Shown here one piece after another: positions 40,519 through 51,362 of a DNA stretch of 64,000 bases. The notes under the pieces were generated by a model. That model worked only from the letters and a program-made list of their open reading frames with translations. It did no database searches and was not told where the DNA came from. The DNA comes from an uncultured Armatimonadetes bacterium (GTDB lineage: Bacteria > Armatimonadota > Hebobacteria > Hebobacterales > Hebobacteraceae): positions 2,752,001-2,816,000 of the forward strand of contig OY970296.1 of NCBI GenBank assembly GCA_963716175.1, read 5' to 3'. How positions within the stretch are numbered: position 1 is the first letter of the stretch; each line of letters begins with the position of its first letter. The position numbers and the translations under genes were made by a program.

Positions 40519-40960
40519 TGTCCCGCTCCGGAGCGAGGCGCGGAGCCGACTGCTTCCTCCATAGCCTCACCGCCAGACCAGCACCGCTCGCGTCCGGTGA
40601 GACCACCAGTGTGGTCCCTCGAACTGGGGGTCACTGCCATCTCCTACCATCGCAGTCGAAAGCCGCTCCGCTCGCCTCCTCAAAAGGATACGCCGACCCT
40701 CCGTCACCACTGGCGGAAGCGCCGGCGCTGTATGTGAGCCCTGCTTCTACCGCGGTTATTCCACAGTGGGCGGCTGGTTCGAGGGCCCCCCGACAGGCGA
40801 AGGGGCGACCCTCACACGGAGCGCTCACTCCCGTCGCACGTACCAGCAGGCTGGTGTCAGATCGCAGCCGGGCCTTCCCTCCGCGGGCAGACTAGTCGCC
40901 TCAGCGAAGACGACATCCTGCAGCTGTTTGTGCCGGCTGTCCATGTCAGCCGCCCGTGGA

Positions 40961-41203
40961 GCCGGCCCCGGGCCCCCCGACTCCGCTACCCCCTCGGCTT
41001 GGGGTCGCTGTTCGGGGTTTCGTCGCGTGTGGGGGCAGCAGCCGGGCCACGGTGGCGATCACCGGCAGCCCCACCCAGTCCAATCTCAGTTCAGCATCGC
41101 CGCCCAACTTCGCCGCCTCCCGAAACAGGAGCATCAGCGATCGCCGAGAATGCCAGGTTCTGCGCCCCAGTGAGGCTCTGGCGGGCGGATGAGTATTTGG
41201 ACA
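40961..41203. repeat. Repeat R, full copy
   Basis: Direct repeat of 42221-42475; ends CGGATGAGTATTTGGACA. Confidence 0.8.
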
Positions 41204-41296
41204 GGAGGGGGGCATCGCCGCTTGATACAGGCAGAATGCCCGGATAGAGTTCCGGGGGTGCACACCGGTGAAGACATCATCCCCGGGAGGGAAGCC

Positions 41297-42016
41297 ATGG
41301 ATAAGATCCGGACGCTCATTCTGACCGGACAGAACATGCACGAATGGAAGCGGTCGGCTCCGTTCTGCTGGCTTCTTCTTCAGAACACCGGCCGGTTCGA
41401 TGTGACGCTGACGACGAACCCGTCGGAGACGCTGGAAGACGCCGGAAAGATCAAGGAGTTCTCGCTGCTGTTCTCCGATTACGCAGGCCCGGATTGGAGT
41501 CCGGCGGCGAAGGAGAACATGGAGGCGTTCGTTGCCGGCGGGGGAGGACTGGCGCTGTTTCACGCAGCCTGTATTCCTTTCAAGGGGTGGAAGGCGTTCG
41601 AGACGATGGTACCGTTTCTGTGGCGCGAGGAGGGGGGACACGGCACGTTTCACGAGTTCCTGGTCACGATCACCGACAGGGATCATCCGATCACGAGGGG
41701 TCTGAGCGATGCGCGCACGACCGATGAGCTGTACCATCGGATGGCGCACCTGTACGACAATCCTTACCGGGTGCTGGCAACCGCATTCGCCTCGCTGGCG
41801 GAGAAGGGCACCGGCCGGGACGAGCCGATGATCATCGTGTCGGAGTTCGGCAAAGGGCGGGTATTTCAGCAGATGCTCGGTCACGTCTGGGAGCGGGACC
41901 CGGAGAAGCCGGACGACGTCGCGCTGAGCATGATCTCACTGGAGAACCCGTTCTTCCAGCGGACGCTGATTCGAGGCTGCGAGTGGGCGGCGACTGGCAC
42001 CGTTACGGTCGAGTGA
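41297..42016 (+). CDS. ThuA-like (class I glutamine amidotransferase-like) domain protein
   Basis: LILTGQNMHEW, GGGGLALFHAA, HPIT, DELY, GKGRVFQQMLGH, RGCEWAATG. Confidence 0.9.
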   Translation: MDKIRTLILTGQNMHEWKRSAPFCWLLLQNTGRFDVTLTTNPSETLEDAGKIKEFSLLFSDYAGPDWSPAAKENMEAFVAGGGGLALFHAACIPFKGWKAFETMVPFLWREEGGHGTFHEFLVTITDRDHPITRGLSDARTTDELYHRMAHLYDNPYRVLATAFASLAEKGTGRDEPMIIVSEFGKGRVFQQMLGHVWERDPEKPDDVALSMISLENPFFQRTLIRGCEWAATGTVTVE

Positions 42017-42220
42017 GTCCTTCGAGGGGCGGAGAGGATACCGCACGGCGCAGGCGCACAGGGTCGGCATGGTTGTGCACCCTCGAAACTCTATCCCGAG
42101 GGGAGTCCTCTCTATCAGAGACTGTATCCTGGCGCCGCGATCGGCGGCGCGGGTCCATGACAGCGCGGGATGCGGGCGTTGAGTAGGGTTGATGCCTAAT
42201 CCGCCGGACCATCCTGGAAC

Positions 42221-42475
42221 GACGGCCCCGGACACCCTCGACTCCGGCTACCCCTCGTCTGGAGTCACTGGCCGGGGTCTCGTCGCGGATGGGTCCGGCA
42301 TGGCACAGCAGCCGCGCCACGGTGGCAATGACCGGCAGCCCTACCCAGTCCAGTCTCAACTCGGTATCCTCGCCCATCCTCGGCGCCTCCCAGCACAGGG
42401 GTGTCAGCGATCGCCGAGAGTACCACGATGGGGGCTGCAGGAGCGCCCTGGGGGGCAGATGAGTTTCTGGAGACA
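42221..42475. repeat. Repeat R, full copy
   Basis: Ends CAGATGAGTTTCTGGAGACA. Confidence 0.8.
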
Positions 42476-42528
42476 GCACGGCCCCGGCACTCCCCTTCGC
42501 GAGCTCTGCTTGGCCGGCGCGGCCCCGA

Positions 42529-43656
42529 TCACGCCGGACTCGGCCGATCGCGCCTCATCGGGCTCTCTGTGAGCCGCCGCATCACGCCGGCGGGAGTCAG
42601 CGCGACGATGGTGTCCACTGCGTTGGTGTCAGCCGGGGCCAGGTGGTCAGCGCGAATCAGGTTCACGTTCAGGTAGCCCGCTGGCACCTCGCCCCAGATC
42701 TCGTCCTGCCTCTCGTAAAGGTACAGCCTAGCGCCATCCGTGAGCAGGATCTTCTGGCACTCGGTGAGTCCGAGTCTCGCCACATAGTCGCTGGCCTGCG
42801 AGAACACATCCTGCAGGCCATGCCCGATGCCCTTGGCCTCGCACACGAGGACACAGCGCTCCTTGACCGTGGGCGCACCCCAGAAGGCAGCCAGATCGAT
42901 CTTGTGCCACTCCACTGCGAGCAGCTGCTCTGACCAGCCCAACGAGAGGAGCAGAGGCAGAATCATGTGGGCGACCACCTCATGTTCCGTGGGCCGGCCG
43001 CTGCGCTCGCCGTGGGCGAGGTACCACTGGGAGAGACGCCGCTGGCGCTGGATCGCGACGAGGACTGTGTCTACGGATTCGTTGGGGACGCCCCGGGAGA
43101 AGAGCTCGTGGCCGAGGGCGTCCATGCTGAGCGGCGGCGGGGGCGGCGGCGGCAGAGGCCGCAGGGGACGCGAGCGCAGCTGAGCAAAGAGCGCTTCCAC
43201 TCTGTCGAGCACGGCGCGGTCATTGAGGGCGGTGAAGGTGGGGATCTGCTTCCTTTGGGCAAACAACTCCTGGGATGGAGTCGGCTGCAGTCGCTGCAGC
43301 TCCCCCTCCAGGTGCCCCTGCCAGATCACACGGCGCGTGTGCTGCAAGTCCCACCCATAGACGTCGTCGAAGGTCTCGCTCCAGGCGTAGCCGTCCTCGA
43401 CCGCCAGCCCGATCGCCACGACCCGATAGCCCGAACGCAGCAGGATGATGTCACCGGCCTTCACATCCTCTGCGAAGCGCCGGACCTGGCCGACCTTGTT
43501 GGCCGTTTCCTCACCACTGAGGACGCGCGCGTAGTAGACGGCCTTTTCATAGGGTCCGTACCTTCCGGGCCCCATGAACATGAGGTCGTGGTTGAGGAAG
43601 AGCTGCGCGTAGTTGCGCCGTGGCTCACCTGCGGCGATCTGCCAAACGTTCGGCAC
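42529..43656 (-). CDS. Putative restriction-like nuclease (N-terminal recognition domain plus HsdR_N-like PD-(D/E)xK)
   Basis: VKAGDIILL..VVAIG..HTRRVIW; TEHEVVAHMILPLLLSLGW..KIDLA..VCEAK. Confidence 0.65.
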   Translation of the reverse strand: MPNVWQIAAGEPRRNYAQLFLNHDLMFMGPGRYGPYEKAVYYARVLSGEETANKVGQVRRFAEDVKAGDIILLRSGYRVVAIGLAVEDGYAWSETFDDVYGWDLQHTRRVIWQGHLEGELQRLQPTPSQELFAQRKQIPTFTALNDRAVLDRVEALFAQLRSRPLRPLPPPPPPPLSMDALGHELFSRGVPNESVDTVLVAIQRQRRLSQWYLAHGERSGRPTEHEVVAHMILPLLLSLGWSEQLLAVEWHKIDLAAFWGAPTVKERCVLVCEAKGIGHGLQDVFSQASDYVARLGLTECQKILLTDGARLYLYERQDEIWGEVPAGYLNVNLIRADHLAPADTNAVDTIVALTPAGVMRRLTESPMRRDRPSPA

Positions 43657-44098
43657 AGCGGCCTCCAAGAGCACCTGCTGATGGCCCTTTCTGTGGGAAG
43701 CCAGGTGGTTCCTATACCGCGCCACTCCCGGCGGCCACGACTCTGCCGGCCGAGGTCGCAGCCATGCAGGGCGGCCATGCGCGCTACAGCCCCCACCAAG
43801 TCGGCGCCGATCAGGGCCCCGCAAGATGGCGCGCCGCGCGACCCGGCGGCCCCCGCCCTAGACCGGGATCACCGCGGCTGAAGGTGTCCGGCGCTCATAG
43901 CACCGTTGGAGCAGACGATCTGTGACCGATGGATCGCCTTCTCTTACCGCTGGGCGAGTCCGCTCCAAGGCACGCATACTGAGCACCTGCTCCTCGCACT
44001 ACACCAGAAAGGGGATGCGGAGCCCGAAGGCGCCGCCCACTGTTCCACCAGAGGCCCTCGACGCCGCCACCTGCTAGCACGCAGCCACTAGGCCTCGC

Positions 44099-44506
44099 TC
44101 ACCGAGCCGCGAACCAGGCCAGGAGAGCAGCGGGATCTACGATCGCAATCCCCCGGAACTCCCCCAGGCCCAGCAGGTGCCGGTCCCCGGAGACGATCAT
44201 CTCCGCCTCTGCCGTCACCGCGCATTCCAGGAACCTGTTATCCTCCGGGTCAGCCTCGACCTCCCCGATGCGCTCCCGGGGGGTCACGAAGGCTACCCTC
44301 TCACCCTCGCTCACCATCGCCAGGAACTCCTGTGCCTCCTGCTTCGCGTGACCGAACCGGGCCAACACCTCCAGGTACTCGGCCACGATTTCGTCGGAGA
44401 GACAGAGCACGAACTGCCCGTCTCGCCACAGCTCCATCACCTCGCGTGGTTTGCCGCCGAAGAAGCTGGACGCCAGCACGTTCGTGTCGACGACGATCCT
44501 AGGCAC
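44099..44506 (-). CDS. PIN-domain putative toxin (TIGR00305-like)
   Basis: VVDTNVLAS, DPEDNRFLECA, IVSGDRHLL. Confidence 0.92.
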   Translation of the reverse strand: MPRIVVDTNVLASSFFGGKPREVMELWRDGQFVLCLSDEIVAEYLEVLARFGHAKQEAQEFLAMVSEGERVAFVTPRERIGEVEADPEDNRFLECAVTAEAEMIVSGDRHLLGLGEFRGIAIVDPAALLAWFAAR

Positions 44507-44840
44507 GCGAGGCGGCCCGCCTTGTCCGTCTCGCCTCACGCACCTCCCGCACCAGCCGCGGGATATCCTCCGCCCCGTAGCCGTACCGCTCCGCTCGCTG
44601 GCGCAGCCGCTCCCACAGCTGGTCGAAGCGTTTGGCGAAGGCATCATCTCCCTGCCGCCGCTGCTCCAGCCAGCCTCTGATGTCATCCGCCCGGAAGCGC
44701 CACTCCCGGCCCACCTTGAACCCAGGCAGCTTCCCCTCTCGGGCGAAGCTGAGCACTGTGACTTCGTGCAGTTTCAGGTACGACGCAACCTGCTTCACAT
44801 CAAGCAGTTCCGGCAGTCCCCGCGGCGCTTGCTCACTCAT
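44499..44840 (-). CDS. Excisionase-type HTH protein, probable antitoxin
   Basis: LLDVKQVASYLKLH..GKLPGFKVGREWRF; overlaps PIN gene start. Confidence 0.85.
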   Translation of the reverse strand: MSEQAPRGLPELLDVKQVASYLKLHEVTVLSFAREGKLPGFKVGREWRFRADDIRGWLEQRRQGDDAFAKRFDQLWERLRQRAERYGYGAEDIPRLVREVREARRTRRAASRA

Positions 44841-45300
44841 CAGTCCGCCTCCTCCGGCCCATGGGTATTGCCATATTATACCACATCTAACAAAGCGCAG
44901 GAAAATATTCCAGAGCACTACCGTTTGACCGGCCCCTCGTTTTCCCGAAACCGGACATCGGCCTCTGTCGATCGCTCGTGAACCAGGCACGGCAACCTTG
45001 CGGGACCCCAGCAACTGGCGACATGGGGATATCTGCTCCGGCCTTGACATCCGTCCAAAGCCGACACGCGTCTGGCGGGAACTGACGGGGACGATCAGGC
45101 GGAAGATGGGGCGCGGCCGCCAACCAATCAGAGCGCGGGCGCTACTGATCCGCTACTGGACCGGCACGCTTGGGCTGCGCGAACCGCGCCCGATCCGACA
45201 CCCCGTGCAGCGTCGCCAGGAGCATGCATCGCAGGCTCGGCCGGAACAGTTTCGCCAATAAGCATGCGGACAAATCGCCGATCACCCACACCTGCCAATG

Positions 45301-45960
45301 GGGCGGGGAAATGCGCGAAAACCCTGGGAACCCCCGGGATTCCGCTACCAAACCGCTACCATTCCGCTACCCCAGTCAATCGCGGCCTCGGCTTGCGGGC
45401 CGCTGCGTTCGCCGCCTCCTAGTGGGTGATCGCGTTCCGGGGTTCCGGCCAGATAACAGATGTTGTGCTGCCTTGTTCCCCCGTAGGCACCTGCTCGTTA
45501 TCTCAATTCTGTGAAACCGGACATTGCTGGACATTGAGGCCGTATCCAAGCGTCACCAACACACGCGCCACCCCAGAAGGCGCGGGAGTGCCATCGCTAC
45601 CGATCACCCGCCACCCCGAATTCGCGAACGAGCGCCCCGCTGGCTGGCAGCGGTACACTCGGACCGGGCCAGAAAGGGCACGCGGTATACCCTCGGTACA
45701 CCTCGCGGTATACGCCTGGTACACCTTTCATGCACTCTGGGGCTCCCGTTGGTATACCGGAAGTACACCCCCCTGGGGCAGGCCTTACGAGCGGCGGAGA
45801 CGCGCTTTTTCCAGCGATTACCTAGCCTTTTCGCCAGTCCAATCGCGGACAGGACGGCCCAAGGCGGGGCGATCTCTCCAGAAACACCCCGATTCAGTAC
45901 ACTTTCGGTATACGCTTGCGCTACCGAGCCAATCGCGACGTCCGCTTACCGGCCGACCTG
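45301..45960. repeat. Helically phased heptamer/octamer repeats
   Basis: CCGCTACC x3 at 11-bp period; (G/A)GTAYAC x9, mostly at 11-12-bp period. Confidence 0.7.
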
Positions 45961-46696
45961 AGGCCCCGGGCCATAGCGGTGCGAGATGATGCTAGGCCTC
46001 ATGAGCGAATCTGTGCCGCCGTGTCCAGCTGACGGCGATACAGCCACTCTGGCAGTATTGACCTGGATCACCTGCCGTACCGACTCGGATTCGCCATTCC
46101 CATGCTGGTCTTGGCATACCGTCGTGCCCGTAGTGTACCAGAATTCATCCGCAGCCCCAAGGTGTCCAGAAACCGTCTGTGGATGTCGAGCGCCTGTGAG
46201 GTCAGTCGGCCGGCCTCGGAGTGGCCTGGTCTTCCGGTGGCGACAGAGGTCCTTGTTGAGGATCGCTGAGGCCATCCAGACTGGGTCGCGAAGTCGGATG
46301 CTGTGGCCACACGGACAGCACACCCCGACCATCCGGAATGGCCCGGCCTCTGAAGGCAGTGCCTCACGATCTCGCAGACTCTACATAGCGGCACAGAGTT
46401 GAGCGCTTGGTCGGAGGTGTCTGCTGTCCTCCGGGCACGACAAGAAGCTCTGAGAGGGTCTTGACAAGGCCCTGCGGGGTGATACAGTCGGGCCATCGCA
46501 GCAAGGCCCGCGGCCTGGTGGCTCCCCTGCTTGTAGCAGAGCGAAGGCCCTCGGTAGGGGGGACGATGGGGAGCTGAGGGGCGGGCAAGAATAAAGCTGG
46601 CAGCGACCTGGAGGTGGCGCCTGCTTCGTCCTATCAGACGAAGGGGCGCCTTTGTCTTTTTGGGCCTGGCGGGAGAGCGAGAAAGGGGGTGAACAG

Positions 46697-46954
46697 ATGA
46701 CGTTCGTCACTTTGGCGAAAGTGGTGCCGGGAAGAACGAAGGAGGCGATGGACAGCCTGAGGGGGTTCTCATCGCTTCCAGGAGGGGCAAAGGTCCTGAG
46801 CTGCTATGTGACCTTCGGGCGCTATGATGCGGTCTGCATCCGGGAGGCTCCGGATCTGGCCAGCGCCAGCCGGGCTATGCGGGCCCTCGTGGAGAGAGGA
46901 CCGATCACCACGGAGACCATGGTAGCCCAGTCTCCGGAGGAGTTCCTGAAGTAG
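46697..46954 (+). CDS. GYD-domain protein
   Basis: YVTFGRYDAVCIREAPD..TTETMVA. Confidence 0.85.
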   Translation: MTFVTLAKVVPGRTKEAMDSLRGFSSLPGGAKVLSCYVTFGRYDAVCIREAPDLASASRAMRALVERGPITTETMVAQSPEEFLK

Positions 46955-46964
46955 GGGATAGCTC

Positions 46965-47363
46965 ATGGTCACAGCCCGGGAGATCATGACCAAGGAGGTG
47001 ATAAGCACTCGGCCCCACTGCAGGGTGGCGGAGGTGATCCGGGTCCTCTACCACCAGGGGATCAGCGGCCTGCCGGTGCTGGACGAGGAGAAGCAAGTGA
47101 TCGGGATGGTGACGGAAGCGGATATTCTGGGCCTGAAGAGCGGGCAGGAGCTAGTCCGAGATATCATGTCGGCGCCGGTCTGCGCGGTATGCGAGGAGAC
47201 GCCGCTGGAGGAGATCGCGGCCCTGCTCAGGGAGAAGAAGATCAAGCGGGTCCCGGTGGTGAGGGAGGGCAAGCTGGTGGGCATCGTCTCCCGGGCGGAT
47301 GTGGTGAGAGCGCTGGCGATGGTGAAGTGGGGAGAGCATGGTGGGCGGGGAGATGTGAGATAG
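46965..47363 (+). CDS. CBS-domain protein
   Basis: AREIMT, ISGLPV, IKRVPVV..GIVSRAD. Confidence 0.92.
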   Translation: MVTAREIMTKEVISTRPHCRVAEVIRVLYHQGISGLPVLDEEKQVIGMVTEADILGLKSGQELVRDIMSAPVCAVCEETPLEEIAALLREKKIKRVPVVREGKLVGIVSRADVVRALAMVKWGEHGGRGDVR

Positions 47364-47373
47364 GAGACGGGGG

Positions 47374-47487
47374 ATGGCGCCAAGGGCGAGAGACATCATG
47401 GCCAAGGGGGTGCCTGTGCTCCGGGAGGGCAAGCTGGTGGGCATCGTCTCCCGGGCGGATGTGGTGAGGGTGATCGCGGGCGGCTGA
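47374..47487 (+). pseudogene. Internally deleted CBS paralog
   Basis: MAPRARDIMAKGVPVLREGKLVGIVSRADVVRVIAGG. Confidence 0.7.
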
Positions 47488-47673
47488 ACCCCAGGCCTGG
47501 TCTGTCTGGCCCAGGGCTCGGCACCCGACAGCAGTTGAGTCCCGGGGCCGGGCACGGGGCGGGGACCGGCAGAGGCAAGAAGAGTTGTGGCCACAGCTTC
47601 TCGAGCAGGACAGCGCCCCGAGCTGTGGTTCGGTCCCCGCCCTCTTGTCTTAGGTCCGCCCATCCGCTGGTAG

Positions 47674-48141
47674 GTGGGGGAGGACTACCCCTACTATGTT
47701 ACCCGCGGCTTCGGCCCTGACTTCGTGCGGCAGGAGGGGTGGCTGTGCGACCGGGATGCGGGTGGGCAGATCCTGCGGCACCCAGACGGCCGGCCCCGCC
47801 TCGCGTGCCTGTGCGGGGCGGTGGTCGAGGGGAAGCCAGATTGGACGCAGCCCTGCTTCACGGAGGGTGGCAGCTTCTGGACCAATGACATGACAGAACT
47901 GCTGCGCAGCACGCCTCCCCGCGCCGCCGGGATGACGATGCGCAGCCACTGTCACCGGGAAGGTTATGAGTCGCTGGGGTTGGTGCCCTTGCGGGCCCAG
48001 GGGCAGAGCTACGGACTGCTGCAGTTGAACAGCCGGACCCCAGGGCGGTTCACGGCAGCGCAGATCGCCTCCTATGAGGGGCTGGCGGGACAAGTGGCGG
48101 CTGCCGCGGCGGCGCGGATCGGGCAGTTGCCGGCAGCGTGA
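47674..48141 (+). CDS. GAF-domain protein or fragment
   Basis: EGYESLGLVPLR..GLLQLNSRTPGRFT. Confidence 0.65.
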   Translation: MGEDYPYYVTRGFGPDFVRQEGWLCDRDAGGQILRHPDGRPRLACLCGAVVEGKPDWTQPCFTEGGSFWTNDMTELLRSTPPRAAGMTMRSHCHREGYESLGLVPLRAQGQSYGLLQLNSRTPGRFTAAQIASYEGLAGQVAAAAAARIGQLPAA

Positions 48142-48382
48142 GGCGGGCGGAGAGGATCCGACTGAGCAGCGCGGTACGCTCTAGTGTTCAAGCTCCGGAC
48201 TGTACCCCGGTCGCGCCAGGAGAAGGGCGGAGGGGGAAGGGCAATGCACCTCAACATCTGGGTGTTAGTGCTTGCGGTCCTCTGTGCGCTGCTGGTGGGA
48301 GGGGCCGTGGTCTATGTCGCGTGCTGCCTCAGGAAGTAGCTCGGGTCCGGGAAGATCGGGCCTGGGCGGAGAGGAGAGAGCG

Positions 48383-48676
48383 GTGACGGAGCCAGTGGCA
48401 GAGGTGGTCAGGGGGAAGCGGTTTGAGCTGGTAGACGGCGAAGGAAGAGTGCGGGCCGCCTTGGTGCTTCACGAAGACGGGACCCCTGGACTGGACCTGT
48501 GGGATGACAATGGGAATGTGCGCGCTACCTTAGTACTGAGCAGAGACGGGATACCGCGTTTGAACCTGCTGGGGAAGACGGGGGAGGTCCGGGCTGCTTT
48601 GGGATTCGGTACTGACTGGAGGGTAGGGCTTGTGCTCAGTGACCCGCACGGGCAGGTGCTCTGGTCGGCGCCGTAG
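48383..48676 (+). CDS. Hypothetical beta-repeat protein
   Basis: Repeated G.VRA.L.L..DG.P.L.L.D units; GGAG RBS. Confidence 0.6.
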   Translation: MTEPVAEVVRGKRFELVDGEGRVRAALVLHEDGTPGLDLWDDNGNVRATLVLSRDGIPRLNLLGKTGEVRAALGFGTDWRVGLVLSDPHGQVLWSAP

Positions 48677-48931
48677 GGGGCGCTCCGGCACTTGTGGTGA
48701 GGTGGTGACCAAGTCTCTTGGGCGGCGAGAAGGAACTGGCGAGAGGTGAAGAACTGGGGCAATAGCGGGCTGCTACTAGCCGCAGCTCTTGCCTAGTGCA
48801 TTGCAGAAGTCCCCGATCTGAGTGCTGCGCACTGTCGGCTCGTCACAGAGCGCGGGCCGGTTTGGCTGGATGACCTGCCTCCCCAGCGTTATCACGCGCT
48901 ATGTCAGTCCTGAGGCGTACAGAGGCATTAG

Positions 48932-49087
48932 CTCCAGGCTCTGCGGCGTGAGGGATTCGGGTATCGCACGATCGCTGCGACCTTGGAGGCCGAGGGATAC
49001 CCCACAAAGCGCGGCGGCAAGTTGCAGGCGAACACGGTGCGCCGGCTGCTGCGATCAGCGCAGGTGCAAGGGCGAGTGCGCTATGGC
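48932..49087 (+). pseudogene. Serine recombinase (recombinase-domain) remnant
   Basis: LRREGFGYRTIAATLEAEGYPTKRGGKLQANTVRRLL. Confidence 0.65.
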
Positions 49088-49725
49088 GAGAGCGCGAAGG
49101 GGGTTCATCAGGCGCTCATTCTGGGGATGCGATGATGCTGTGGCTAATCAGCGCGGCGCTGATAGTGACAAGCTTTCTGTGGCTTGCCGTCGTGGTGAGC
49201 TTGATAGGTGTACTCGGCAAGCAAATGTCACTTTGGATTGTAGCGGGCACGGTAGTCTTGGTGATCGCTTGGCCCTGGTTAGGAGTGCGCGTCAACGACT
49301 GGCTTGTAGACCGCGGGTGCCATGATGACGCAGGGCGAGCTGACAACCTGGTGGGAGGCGCTGCGGGTGTGGTGGCAGTCGCAGGACCCCGAGGAGCTGG
49401 GGGCCGCGCTGTTGGGTGTGAGGGCGGCAGATCGGGAGGCGGTGCTGGCCGAGGTTTCCTACGATGGTTTGCGCGCTCGAGGTGAGGCAGCTCCTGGCGC
49501 GAATGGAGGCGCTGGCGCGGGCGGCGGAAGCTCGAAGACTGACGTGATTTCGGCGGCATAAGTATTCATCTGCAGGGAGAGAGACTGATGCGAGCAGGGG
49601 ATCGGAAACGGAAGCGGATGCGGAGACAGCGCCGGAAGCAGATCGCAAAGTCGGCGCGGAGCATCCGGCAGCGGTTAGGGGCGAGGGATCGGTGCCGAAT
49701 GTGATGCGCAAGGAGCGAGAAAGAG

Positions 49726-50094
49726 ATGAAGCACTTCGTCGGATGCCGGCAGGAATCATTGCACTGCGTGGTCACCATCCAGGAAGAGGGACAGGAACCC
49801 CGGCCCCTTCCTCACATCGTGCGGCATTCGCCAAGGGGCTTCGAATGGTCTTATGGCGGCTCGGGGCCAGCCGATCTGGCGCTCTCCCTGCTGACCGAGG
49901 TGGCCGGCAGGGAAGTGGCCGATCGCTGGTACCAGATGTTCAAGCACGATGTGATCTCTCAGCTGCCGCCCCCGGGTTGGCGGATCGCCGCAGCGGATAT
50001 CGAAGCATGGCTGCCAGCGGCCCGGGCCGGCCTGCACGATAGGTCAGTGCGGGCGGCCCTGGTCCATGTCTTACCCCTGGAGCCAGCGCAGTGA
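49726..50094 (+). CDS. DUF6166-like protein
   Basis: HSPRGFEWSYGGSGPADLALSLL..YQMFK. Confidence 0.75.
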   Translation: MKHFVGCRQESLHCVVTIQEEGQEPRPLPHIVRHSPRGFEWSYGGSGPADLALSLLTEVAGREVADRWYQMFKHDVISQLPPPGWRIAAADIEAWLPAARAGLHDRSVRAALVHVLPLEPAQ

Positions 50095-50356
50095 ATGGGG
50101 TGGTGGGGCGGGCCAATCGGCGGTTGCATCCGACCTCGGCCCCCGGCTCACCCCCGCTCGAGCGTCCCTCCGTGACCGGCTGTGGTGGTGAACATGAGCG
50201 TTGTGGATCGCAACCCCGGGCTTCCTGCTGGGGGTGGCGGCGGCGTTTCTCTCGTAGGCGGCGTCGCGCTAGCTATTGGTGAAGGCAGTAGGCTACTCGT
50301 AACAATCGGCGCAGCAGGGGCGGCGCCAAAGGAGCGAGGGGAATGAGTAGGAGCAG

Positions 50357-50611
50357 ATGGGCAGTATAAGATCAGGGTCTCGGGACAGGAGTGGCAGACA
50401 GACGGATGTGATAGACAGACTGGCGAAGAGATTCGGGAAGTATGCGCTGGTGGTGGCCGTGGGCAGGCGGGCCGAGGATCTGCTGGAACGGACCGGCGCT
50501 TCGGGGGGGCCAAGCGGGGGCCGGCTGATCGATCGGGCAATCACCGAGATCGCCCGCGGCGACGTTCGCATCAGGGGCGGGAAGCCTGGGGAAGAAGAGG
50601 ATTTGGCGTAG
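50357..50611 (+). CDS. RNA polymerase omega-like protein
   Basis: IDRLAKRFGKYALVVAVGRRAEDL..AITEIARGDV matches the RpoZ pattern. Confidence 0.65.
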   Translation: MGSIRSGSRDRSGRQTDVIDRLAKRFGKYALVVAVGRRAEDLLERTGASGGPSGGRLIDRAITEIARGDVRIRGGKPGEEEDLA

Positions 50612-50999
50612 CCGGACCCCAACACTCGCGCGCTACGCTCGCCTTTGGTGAATGGCATAAGCAACAGTACCTCAGCAGAGGGACGCCCCGCTGCGCGCAG
50701 CTGTGCCGGCGGGATGGCGAGTACTTCTTGCATGTGAGCTTCGAGTTCCAAATCGAGGCGATGGCTCGGGGCGAGGAGTAGGCGTACCTAGGGATCGACT
50801 GGGGCGTGACGAAGCAGGCGGCGCCCGGCGGTCGCCCGGATTCGGGATCTTAGCAGCGGGGTTCTGTGCAGAATACGTATCTACAAATCAGCACGGGGGG
50901 CGCGCCCCGCCTGAGATCGTCGCCCTGCATGCCCTGAGGGGCTCGCAGAACCGGCAATCGCAGTTGCCGGTTGCAGGTCACAACCGAAAGGACAGAGGA

Positions 51000-51362
51000 A
51001 TGAGCATGGCGAGGGATGAGCAATACCGGCGGCGGCGCAAGGCGGAGGCGGAGAGGCTAAGGCTGACCGGCAAGGTTGGCGCGCTCGAGCTGGAATTGCA
51101 GGATCTGGCGGCGGACCTGGCCGAGGCCGAGGCGGCCGCCAAGGCTGACCTAGATCAGCGGCGCCGCCGATTGCAGGAGCCGGACGCCAGCATCCGCCGG
51201 CTGCGAGTGCTGGGTGAAGAACTGCCCTCGCCCCTGGGAAGGGTGCTGACCTGCCATGACCGGAAACACCACACCCTGGAGAGGACCCGGCAGCGGTTGG
51301 CCGGAGTGGAAGAGCAACTCGGCGAGATAGCCCGGGCTGACCAGGCGGGAAGGGAGCAGTAG
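51000..51362 (+). CDS. Coiled-coil hypothetical protein
   Basis: AGAGGA RBS, heptad pattern. Confidence 0.5.
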   Translation: MSMARDEQYRRRRKAEAERLRLTGKVGALELELQDLAADLAEAEAAAKADLDQRRRRLQEPDASIRRLRVLGEELPSPLGRVLTCHDRKHHTLERTRQRLAGVEEQLGEIARADQAGREQ

